A stretch of DNA of 64,000 nt from Phormidesmis sp. (GTDB lineage: Bacteria; Cyanobacteriota; Cyanobacteriia; Leptolyngbyales; Leptolyngbyaceae), in NCBI GenBank assembly GCA_965248535.1, contig CBDFJR010000005.1:832001-896000 (forward strand), given 5' to 3'. Positions within the stretch are counted from its first letter, which is position 1. Each line of letters begins with the position of its first letter. The notes under the pieces were generated by a model. The model saw nothing but the letters and a program-made list of their open reading frames with translations. It was not told the origin of the DNA and ran no database searches. Below, in pieces: positions 56,542-64,000 of the stretch. Made by a program: the position numbers and the translations under genes.

Positions 56542-57336
56542 TTAATCGATGTCGATCGAGGTCGGTGAAGAACCCGACGCAGCCGACGCAAACGGCGAAG
56601 ACTTACGGAAGTCAGCATAGAGCTTGTCGCGCCAGTTAAAGAATGGTGCAAACGTGCCAATATCTGCGATGCCAGAAACGCCCTGACCTTTGAGCGACTC
56701 AGGAATGTTCAAATAGGGGCCCGTGGGGAATTTGACATACATCGTCAACCCCGCCACAGCAAAATCTGCCAGCGTGGGTGTGTCTCCTAGCAGATAAGGT
56801 TGCTCCATCAAAATGAAACAGAGGGCGGTTAAGTCACGCTTGAGGGCTGCTTGGGCATCTTTGACAGCTTCGGGGCCCATGCCCACGCCCATGCCCAAAA
56901 AGCCAAATAGCTCGTGAGGAATGGCACCCACCAGATTTTTAAACACATCGGGAACTGAGTTGGGCAACAATGCCGTTCTAAAGGCTTGATTAGAGCCGAT
57001 CGTGCCAATTAACCCTTTGCGCGCATTCAGCCCGATCGATTCATCTGCCCATTGTTCCATCAATAAACACAGACCTTTTTGCTTGGGATCAGACGGAATG
57101 AGCGGCTTATCGGGATATTTCTTGTCTAGATATTCAGCGATCGCGGTTGAGTCTGCAATGATCTCGCTGCCATCTTTGAGGACAGGCACCTGTCGTTGCC
57201 CAGAGAGTTGATAAAGCTCAATTTGTCCAACGCCGGGAGTCACCTCAATCTTGCGATAGTCTAAGCCCTTATAGTCTAAAATCAGACGAATTTTCTCAGC
57301 ATAGTGAGACATCTCAAATTGATATAGCTCCAGCAT
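56542..57336 (-). CDS. glutathione S-transferase family protein
   Basis: LELYQFE.SHY.EK, QVPVL.DG, DSTAIAEYL, TLADFA. Confidence 0.92.
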   Translation of the reverse strand: MLELYQFEMSHYAEKIRLILDYKGLDYRKIEVTPGVGQIELYQLSGQRQVPVLKDGSEIIADSTAIAEYLDKKYPDKPLIPSDPKQKGLCLLMEQWADESIGLNARKGLIGTIGSNQAFRTALLPNSVPDVFKNLVGAIPHELFGFLGMGVGMGPEAVKDAQAALKRDLTALCFILMEQPYLLGDTPTLADFAVAGLTMYVKFPTGPYLNIPESLKGQGVSGIADIGTFAPFFNWRDKLYADFRKSSPFASAASGSSPTSIDID

Positions 57337-57605
57337 AGTCAGCCTCCAGTTTAGGGTTAAGAAAGTCGCGCCGATTTGTATCTGATCAACGCTTCTAGAG
57401 CAATCTCAGTATGGTTGCAAAAATCATACTCTATCGTTAAAAAGCCCATTGCGTATCTAGCGTGGGAGCGAATTTCAAAATTTACACGTTTTTTAAGGAA
57501 GCGGTTATCGGGCGGCGTTTTAGCGCTCTCGATCAGGTTAATAAGTCCGATTCTAACTACTATAGAGTTCAAACTGCTCACACTCCACCCAACCTGCTCA
57601 ACTGT

Positions 57606-58250
57606 ATGTGGCAATCGCTGATTTCTTATACCTTGGGGACATTAATCGCCCTGTTTCCGATCGCGAACCCGATCGGGGCCGTGCCGATTTTTTATAGCTT
57701 TACGGCCGATGACACGCCCCGCTATCGCCTCAAACAAGCTCGTAAAACAGCATTCAATGTGGTTGGAGTGCTGGTGACATTTTTGCTGGTAGGCAAACTG
57801 GTGCTCGGCTTTTTTGGAATTTCGCTAGGCGTGCTGCGAATTGCGGGTGGGCTGATTGTCGGGCACACCGCTTGGGAAATGGTCACAGCACGGCGGCGGC
57901 TGACAACTGACGAACACCAAGCAGCCGTTGATCAAGAAGATATCTCGTTTACGCCGATGGCGGTGCCGATGATTGGCGGGCCGGGCGCGATCGGGGTCGT
58001 GATCGGTCAAGCAACTCAGGCAACCGCCTGGATCGATTATCTAGGCTGTGTGCTGGGAATTGGGTTGCTAGGTGGATTGATCTACCTGTTTCTGAGATTG
58101 GGTGAACCTTTGATTGAGAAGATGGGGAAGACAGGCATGGGAGCGCTGAATCGAATTTTGGGCTTTTTGATTTTGGCGATCGCCGTTCAACTCGTCGCCA
58201 ATGGTCTATTGGAATTGATCAAAACAGCCGCGCCTCATTTGTTGAGATAA
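57606..58250 (+). CDS. MarC family membrane protein
   Basis: LFPIANPIGAVPIF, LRIAGG, FTPMAVPMIGGPGAI, RILGF...AIAVQ. Confidence 0.9.
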   Translation: MWQSLISYTLGTLIALFPIANPIGAVPIFYSFTADDTPRYRLKQARKTAFNVVGVLVTFLLVGKLVLGFFGISLGVLRIAGGLIVGHTAWEMVTARRRLTTDEHQAAVDQEDISFTPMAVPMIGGPGAIGVVIGQATQATAWIDYLGCVLGIGLLGGLIYLFLRLGEPLIEKMGKTGMGALNRILGFLILAIAVQLVANGLLELIKTAAPHLLR

Positions 58251-58989
58251 CGTTAGAAGGTGCAACCTTTGACACCAACCGCAGCAAATTGTTGCCGAGC
58301 ACTAAACTCTCTTCGGCAGGAGATAACCCCAACAAACGAATCTTGTGGAGTTCAAGCGCCGGATGTAACCACGGGCCATCGGTGCCGAACAATACCTTAT
58401 GTGCGCCGCCTCTGCGGACTGCTTTGAGCAAATAATCAAACCGACGCACCCCAGAGCTATCGGTATAAACATTAGGCAGCCGGGCAATTTGATCAACGAC
58501 TCGAATGTGGGCTGACCAGTCATCTGCAAAGCTGCCCAAGTGGGGAACAATAAAGTTCACATCGGGATACTGAGGAGCCAGCAGATCAATGATTTCAGGT
58601 TTGCCAACCGGATCGTAGAGGACGGGTAGCCGGAACCTTTGAGCGACCTCGCAAACTTCGCGAGTGACTGGTGCATCGAGTCGATGGGCTTTGATGCCGC
58701 AAAACTTCCATTCAGTCACAGCTTGTTGAACGATCGCATGAATATGTCCCCGATCGCGCTGGGCATGAACAAATGCAAATCCCCAAAATCGCCCTGGATA
58801 CCTGGCAACAATGCGAGCAGTGTTAGCATTTGCTTCTGCATAGTTGCTGTGAAATGGAGAAAAGATCACCGTTTTGTGAATGCCTGCGTCCTGTGCTCGT
58901 TTCAGATAGGTCTCGATCGGGGCATCTGTGTTCCACGGCCCCGTTAACAAGTCGCCTTTTCCGGCATGACAATGACAATCGATAATCAT
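58219..58989 (-). CDS. amidohydrolase family (TIM-barrel metallohydrolase)
   Basis: IDCHCH, GIK.H, PHLG, NVYTD.S, KVLFGTDGP. Confidence 0.88.
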   Translation of the reverse strand: MIIDCHCHAGKGDLLTGPWNTDAPIETYLKRAQDAGIHKTVIFSPFHSNYAEANANTARIVARYPGRFWGFAFVHAQRDRGHIHAIVQQAVTEWKFCGIKAHRLDAPVTREVCEVAQRFRLPVLYDPVGKPEIIDLLAPQYPDVNFIVPHLGSFADDWSAHIRVVDQIARLPNVYTDSSGVRRFDYLLKAVRRGGAHKVLFGTDGPWLHPALELHKIRLLGLSPAEESLVLGNNLLRLVSKVAPSNVISTNEARLF

Positions 58990-60380
58990 GATCCATACTC
59001 CGCAAAGAATCGAATCACGGTTTCAATACCCCGGAAGACGTTAGATAAACTAATTTTCTCGTTGGGTGCGTGGATATCGTCATCGGGCAAGCCAAACCCT
59101 AGCAGCACGATCGGGACGCGCAACCGCCGATAGAGTTGTTCGACCAGAGGAATCGATCCGCCGCTCCGGGTGAACACGGGTAGAACACCCCAAGTTTGTT
59201 CAACAGCGCGAACCGCCGCCCGCATTACAGGACTGTCTTTAGGCAACAAAACTGGACGCGATCCGCTGGTTATTTTCAGCCGACTGTGAATGGCAGGATG
59301 ACTCAAAGTGTTCAGATAACGTTCCAACAGTTGAGCAATTTCTGTGGGTTCTTGATCAGGAACCAATCGCAAACTAAATCGAGCCATTCCTCGACTCGGA
59401 ATCACCGATTTTGCACCCGCTCCTGTGTAGCCGCCTGTCAGTCCGTTAATAGTCAGTGCGGGGCGAATTGTCATCCGCTCAACTAGGTTATAGCCAGGTT
59501 CACCCCAGCCCATCGGCACGTCAAGGTCAGCCAAGATTTGTTGGTTGCGTTTGCAGGCGCAGCGTAGTTGTTGCCGTTCTGTTGGGTGGAGATTTCTGAC
59601 TCGGTGATAAAAGCCAGGAATCGCCACTTTTCCGGTACGATCGTGCAATCCCGCTACCATTTCGCTCAACGCTTGTAATGGATTCAACACAGCGCCGCCA
59701 TAACGCCCCGAATGCAGATCATGTTTGGGGCCGCGCACTTCTAGCTCACCGTTGAGATTGCCCCGTAACCCATAGACAATCGAAGGTCTGCCGCGCCCTA
59801 GCATCTCGGTGTCTGAGACTAAGACAGCATTGGCTTGCAGTCGGTTGGCTTCGCGATCGAGAAACGCCGACAGATTGGGACTGCTAATTTCTTCTTCCCC
59901 TTCTAACCAAATTTTGAGATTTAACGGCAATCGTCCGGTGGTTCTCAAATAGCTTTCGATCGCTTTTAGGTGAACAAAGAACTGTCCTTTGTCGTCGCTG
60001 GCTCCTCTTGCAAATAAGTTGTCTCCAACAATAGTGGCTTTAAAAGGTGGAGTGCGCCATTCCTTTATAGGATCAACAGGCTGTACATCATAATGTCCAT
60101 ACAGCAATAACGTTGGCTTTGCCTCTGCCATTAACCAATCTGCATAGACACTGGGTGCGCCACCATTTACGCCAGCAATCACTTGCACATGATGTAATCC
60201 GATCTCCGATAGGTGTCGCGCTAACCAATGAGCACAGGCTTTAATATCTTTTCGGTGTTGCGGCAGAGCCGAAATAGTAGGAAAAGCGATCAGGTCAGAC
60301 AACTGGGAGAGCCAGCGCGATCGCTGCTCTGATTGCTGACTATAGCGGATCGGGTTGACCGTAATCGGTGAAGTCATCAT
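58986..60380 (-). CDS. M20 family dipeptidase
   Basis: YGHYDVQP, ARGASDDKGQ, EGEEE.SS, DLHSG, GGSIP, HAPNE. Confidence 0.92.
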   Translation of the reverse strand: MMTSPITVNPIRYSQQSEQRSRWLSQLSDLIAFPTISALPQHRKDIKACAHWLARHLSEIGLHHVQVIAGVNGGAPSVYADWLMAEAKPTLLLYGHYDVQPVDPIKEWRTPPFKATIVGDNLFARGASDDKGQFFVHLKAIESYLRTTGRLPLNLKIWLEGEEEISSPNLSAFLDREANRLQANAVLVSDTEMLGRGRPSIVYGLRGNLNGELEVRGPKHDLHSGRYGGAVLNPLQALSEMVAGLHDRTGKVAIPGFYHRVRNLHPTERQQLRCACKRNQQILADLDVPMGWGEPGYNLVERMTIRPALTINGLTGGYTGAGAKSVIPSRGMARFSLRLVPDQEPTEIAQLLERYLNTLSHPAIHSRLKITSGSRPVLLPKDSPVMRAAVRAVEQTWGVLPVFTRSGGSIPLVEQLYRRLRVPIVLLGFGLPDDDIHAPNEKISLSNVFRGIETVIRFFAEYGS

Positions 60381-60381
60381 C

Positions 60382-61527
60382 TCAGGTCAGCAAACTTAAG
60401 GGAACAATGGTATCGCCTACCATCCAATAATCGGCAGCACCAGAAGATTTGAGTTCCACCATTGCAGCGTGAACACAGTTGGTTCCACGCGGAGTGTCAT
60501 CTGGGAATTTTTTATAGCCAAAGCCAACCGGATGCCATTCATATCGATCCATAAACCATAAATGCACCTGTCCCGATGCCCGATCGACTTCAAAATCAAG
60601 ACGGTCGATCGCGCCAAACGCAAATTCAAAATCTTTGACTGCATAATCGCCCCGGCTACCCTGGTGAAGCTTCGTAAACCCCGTGCGATGTTTTTTGATC
60701 AATGCTTTTAACTTGCTGCGAACCTTTGCATCTCGGCGAATCACCGCTTCTAGATCCACGGTCAGCGTCTTTCCGCCCCCTGTTAGATAATGGTCGAAAT
60801 GCTTTTTTGCCAGAGGCAGACCTGCGAGGACAGTTGCACCCGCAATTTGAGCAACTCGTGCAGGTTCAAAGAGCGCACAAGCACACTGCGAAGCGACTGC
60901 GGGCGGAAGACTGGTAATCTTTTTAGGATCTAAAAGCATCTGTTTGGCAGTGTCGCCACACTTTTTCCGGGAGTCTCGCTGAACTTCACTCCAGCGGCCC
61001 GTCGGCAAGTGATTGTGGTTCACTCCAGGAGTAAATTTTGTAACAAATGTTGTACCAGGTGGGCGCGTTTTGGGAGCTACTGGAGCAGGCTTTTTTCCAG
61101 AACGGCGGCGGTCAGCCAGAAAATTTGCAGCATCGCGAACCTGACCCGTAGCCTGTAGATCTCCCACGGGTTTGGGTAACACTCCCGTCATCACAACCGT
61201 CTTGGCATAATTGAGCCGAAGCCAATTGACCATTCCTGCATAGGAAGCAGCACGGCTCCATAGCTCGTTTAACTTAGCTGACCCTAAACTATCTAAGGCC
61301 CGCAGCAGTTCAGCCATGTTCAGCCCATTCAGGTTAAGAAAGGCACCTCTCCAATCTCCTGCGCTAACTGCATTCTCGAAGGCTCGGCGAACAGAACTAG
61401 GAACCGATTCATACTCCAGTTCAAAGGCTGCCTCATCTTCTGTTTGCCACTGAGAATAGGCATTGTTAGAACCAGATTGCTCTGAAATGAGCGGTGCCTC
61501 AAACAACCACTGACCTGTTTTGTTCAT
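60382..61527 (-). CDS. hypothetical WLFEAP-leader protein with toxin-like C-terminal domain
   Basis: Leader MNKTGQWLFEAP; RBS AGGAG; C-domain HYLTGGG...FGAID...DRYEWH. Confidence 0.75.
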   Translation of the reverse strand: MNKTGQWLFEAPLISEQSGSNNAYSQWQTEDEAAFELEYESVPSSVRRAFENAVSAGDWRGAFLNLNGLNMAELLRALDSLGSAKLNELWSRAASYAGMVNWLRLNYAKTVVMTGVLPKPVGDLQATGQVRDAANFLADRRRSGKKPAPVAPKTRPPGTTFVTKFTPGVNHNHLPTGRWSEVQRDSRKKCGDTAKQMLLDPKKITSLPPAVASQCACALFEPARVAQIAGATVLAGLPLAKKHFDHYLTGGGKTLTVDLEAVIRRDAKVRSKLKALIKKHRTGFTKLHQGSRGDYAVKDFEFAFGAIDRLDFEVDRASGQVHLWFMDRYEWHPVGFGYKKFPDDTPRGTNCVHAAMVELKSSGAADYWMVGDTIVPLSLLT

Positions 61528-61580
61528 GATTTAACTCCTGATTGCTTTGGGTAACTCCAAAAGAATCGCAATGTTGTCCC

Positions 61581-62567
61581 TTAGCGATTCTGCAAAAATG
61601 AAGCAGCCCTGATGCGCGGCTGCCAATATCGAATCGGAACTTCGTTGTGAGACCCCGTTGCCGATCGGGTCACAAATACGTTGAGAAGCTTTTGGCGTTT
61701 TGCTTTGGCTTGCAGACTAACCGCCTGAGCTTTGGTGCTGCACGACGGTCTTTTGGGAGGCGGACAATCGATATTGATGTAATAAATGTAGAGGTTACTG
61801 GAGGGGTTTGTGGCGGCCCACCTTGCCCATCCGCTATCGTCGCCGCCATTGTAGGTGCAGTCAAATCCCCAACACTCCCGAATATTAGCGGCATACTTTT
61901 CCTTTGATAAAGCAATCTGCCGCATCGGTAGCCCACCGCCTGAATGACAGGCCAGAATAATCTTACCCACCCTCGGCGTTTGTCGCCCTTGGTGGGGCCC
62001 ATAAGCGCTGAGAGATGCGAGTATCTGATCGAGGTAAGCATCGAACCCGCCCGGTTGAACAAGCGTTCCGGCTTGCGATCGCGACCCCAAGGTCGGCGCA
62101 ACTAAAATGACATTTTTCCCACTGGCATTCAATTCTTCCCGCAGCCCAAAGAAGGGGTAAGCGGTGCGATTCCAGTACTGATTAATCGTCAAGTTAGAGG
62201 GGAAATAGCCCCGACCTGGCGCTTTTCCTCGAATCACGTTGTCTCTGTGATGACCCTGTAGATAGAGAATTAAATCCACGCTGTCGGTCGCTGAATAATT
62301 CTCAGGAATAAAAATTCCCGTCATGGGTCTGGGGCAGACGGGCGGAGCCTTCGGGCTGCTGGTCGTACAGCCGAGGTTGATGTCAACATAGAGGGTCGAG
62401 TTGAGCGGCGTTGATTCGGTGCTGATCAGGGTGGGAAGGGCGGGCAAGAGTGGGGGAGCTTCAAACAGCCATTCCTGTTCAGCCTCAAGGGTTCCATAAG
62501 GGTTGCTGTTGTGAATCGCTTCTGACGAGAACGGTGCCTCAAATAGCCAGGGGTGAAGAGTCTTCAT
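61581..62567 (-). CDS. WLFEAP-leader protein with alpha/beta-hydrolase-like domain
   Basis: Two WLFEAP copies; ILYLQGH, ILVAP, LACHSGGG, GFDCTY, C-terminal HNEVP. Confidence 0.75.
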   Translation of the reverse strand: MKTLHPWLFEAPFSSEAIHNSNPYGTLEAEQEWLFEAPPLLPALPTLISTESTPLNSTLYVDINLGCTTSSPKAPPVCPRPMTGIFIPENYSATDSVDLILYLQGHHRDNVIRGKAPGRGYFPSNLTINQYWNRTAYPFFGLREELNASGKNVILVAPTLGSRSQAGTLVQPGGFDAYLDQILASLSAYGPHQGRQTPRVGKIILACHSGGGLPMRQIALSKEKYAANIRECWGFDCTYNGGDDSGWARWAATNPSSNLYIYYINIDCPPPKRPSCSTKAQAVSLQAKAKRQKLLNVFVTRSATGSHNEVPIRYWQPRIRAASFLQNR

Positions 62568-62576
62568 AGTTTTGCG

Positions 62577-63737
62577 CTAGGTCGGTGGATTATATTCCCA
62601 GTGCCAAGGTTCACGATCGTAGGGATAAAACCCAAAGGAGGCGGCATTTTGCACCAGCCATTGATAGGCAGAGGTTGCCCGCATCTTCTTCACGTTTTTA
62701 GAGCTAATGCCAAACCCTAGCCAGAGATCGATCGCTCGACCCGTCTGGTGCACACTTTTGCCGGGAGGTGCCACCCACTTGCGGGCTTCCGCTTCAGAGC
62801 CATAGCGCTTCAGCGCCGCGTCCCAAAGTTGCTTCTGATGGGCGACGCTGCGAAACCCTGAGACCAGTTCTAGAGTCGGGGCCGCTAATCCAGCGCTACG
62901 GGCTGCCTCCACTAGCAAAAGATAGGACTGAGCCGCCTGATCCAGCAGCAGAACTTTTTTGCCTCTGTAGCCCCGGACTTTGACGAGTCTCGATTCAGGA
63001 GGAATGGTAATCACCTTGACTCGACCACCGCCCGTTTCAGTCGTTTCTCTATTGCTGGAGTCGGATTGCTCAGACAACACCCCAACTTGGCGCAAATGGC
63101 GATCGATTTGGCGGCGATTTGCAACGGGCACTCGCTCCCACGCGGCTAAAAATTGATGCTGCCGCCCATCTTTGAGATAGCGAAGATAGCCAGTAGGGGT
63201 GATATGCCAGAGCCGGATGCCGCGGGCAGCATCCAGTTCTGTGCCGCCTGCCGCCCGCACTTCTGCAAAGAGTTCTGCATATTTTTGAATGGGGCGGGCA
63301 ATTTCTTCATGGGGAGTGCTGTCCCAAGGAGAGGCGGTTGAGGCCACCCCGCGCAGCGATCGCCAAGCTGCCCGATTAAACTGAAAGACTCCCCAAGCGC
63401 TGATAAACGGCTTTCCCTGCCGTTGGGCACTCGGTAAAGCATTGAAGATATTTGCCGGACGACCGAACATTGCCCCACTTTCAGTCTGGGCTAGATGTTT
63501 AACCGTCGTGACAAAGATTTCGCCTTGACCGTGCGATCGGGCCAGTCGATCAATAGGGAGTAATGCCGCATTGCTGCGACTGGTCAGCCGAGCATTGTTG
63601 GGTAATCCTGGCGGACGGCGTGATTTCCATTTCGGCCCATACTCTTTTCCAGGAACAACGGGATATGGACTGTTGTTTTTTTCAACAGGGGGCGAGACAA
63701 CGGGTGCTTCAAAGAGCCACTGGCTTTGCGTCTTCAT
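62577..63737 (-). CDS. WLFEAP-leader protein with lysozyme-like and M15B (VanY-like) peptidase domains
   Basis: AQTESG and AWGVFQF; SGFRS...Q, APPGKSVHQTGRAIDL, EPWHWEY. Confidence 0.85.
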   Translation of the reverse strand: MKTQSQWLFEAPVVSPPVEKNNSPYPVVPGKEYGPKWKSRRPPGLPNNARLTSRSNAALLPIDRLARSHGQGEIFVTTVKHLAQTESGAMFGRPANIFNALPSAQRQGKPFISAWGVFQFNRAAWRSLRGVASTASPWDSTPHEEIARPIQKYAELFAEVRAAGGTELDAARGIRLWHITPTGYLRYLKDGRQHQFLAAWERVPVANRRQIDRHLRQVGVLSEQSDSSNRETTETGGGRVKVITIPPESRLVKVRGYRGKKVLLLDQAAQSYLLLVEAARSAGLAAPTLELVSGFRSVAHQKQLWDAALKRYGSEAEARKWVAPPGKSVHQTGRAIDLWLGFGISSKNVKKMRATSAYQWLVQNAASFGFYPYDREPWHWEYNPPT

Positions 63738-63799
63738 CGTTCAAACTCTCTCGTTGAAAGGGTGAGCCGTTTGCATTAAGCGGTGGATCAATCATTTAG

Positions 63800-64000
63800 T
63801 TACCCCACAACTCGCGGTGCAGGCATTAAGCCATTCGATCGGGCAAACACGGGATCTCGTCGAGCACCACTGGGCGGCGGGCCGGGCTGATAGACGTTCC
63901 GGGGTGGCGGAGTTGGGCGGCTGATCCGCATTCCTTCTTCACTAGAGAGCCATTCTTCAGAATATTCAGCAATGCGGTAGAGTAACGCCTCAAAATCTGT
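63800..64000 (-). CDS. C-terminal end of a further operon gene (runs off the window)
   Basis: Open frame TDFEALLYRIAEYSEEWLSSEEGMRISRPTPPPRNVYQPGPPPSGARRDPVFARSNGLMPAPRVVG*, stop at 63800-63802. Confidence 0.55.
   Translation of the reverse strand, partial: TDFEALLYRIAEYSEEWLSSEEGMRISRPTPPPRNVYQPGPPPSGARRDPVFARSNGLMPAPRVVG

Noticed and set aside
60382..63737. WLFEAP similarity as a DNA repeat or mobile cassette
   Set aside because: Copies differ at synonymous positions and flanking DNA is not alike, so it is treated as a protein motif.

Overview
Chromosomal window from a filamentous cyanobacterium. The evidence is a cyanobacterial 16S-tRNA(Ile)-tRNA(Ala)-23S-5S operon, dense HIP1 (GCGATCGC) sites, septal-junction fraCDE and hormogonium hpsNOP genes. 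Most of it is housekeeping: glmU, pyrF, tyrS, class A PBP, UDG, ftsH, lepB, nadC, an SbcC-like ATPase, a group 2 sigma factor and GST. Four regions stand out. (1) A minus-strand operon at about 58.2-64 kb, running off the window, in which three unrelated enzyme/toxin-like proteins share an N-terminal leader with WLFEAP at residues 7-12, conserved at protein level with different codons. They are followed by a tightly coupled M20 peptidase and amidohydrolase. This is the best candidate for an undescribed leader-directed cargo/export system. (2) A nitrogen island with NtcA-type sites: ppk2-glnN divergent from an APC permease plus a non-canonical PII paralog plus ynfA. (3) A stand-alone AAA-ATPase + HNH (Septu/PtuAB-like) defence pair. 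(4) A 6S-RNA-like sequence downstream of the sigma gene. Several broken genes are also visible (cupin, ComEA-like, HerA-like, PIN remnant). All family calls come from motif recognition by eye; no searches were run.
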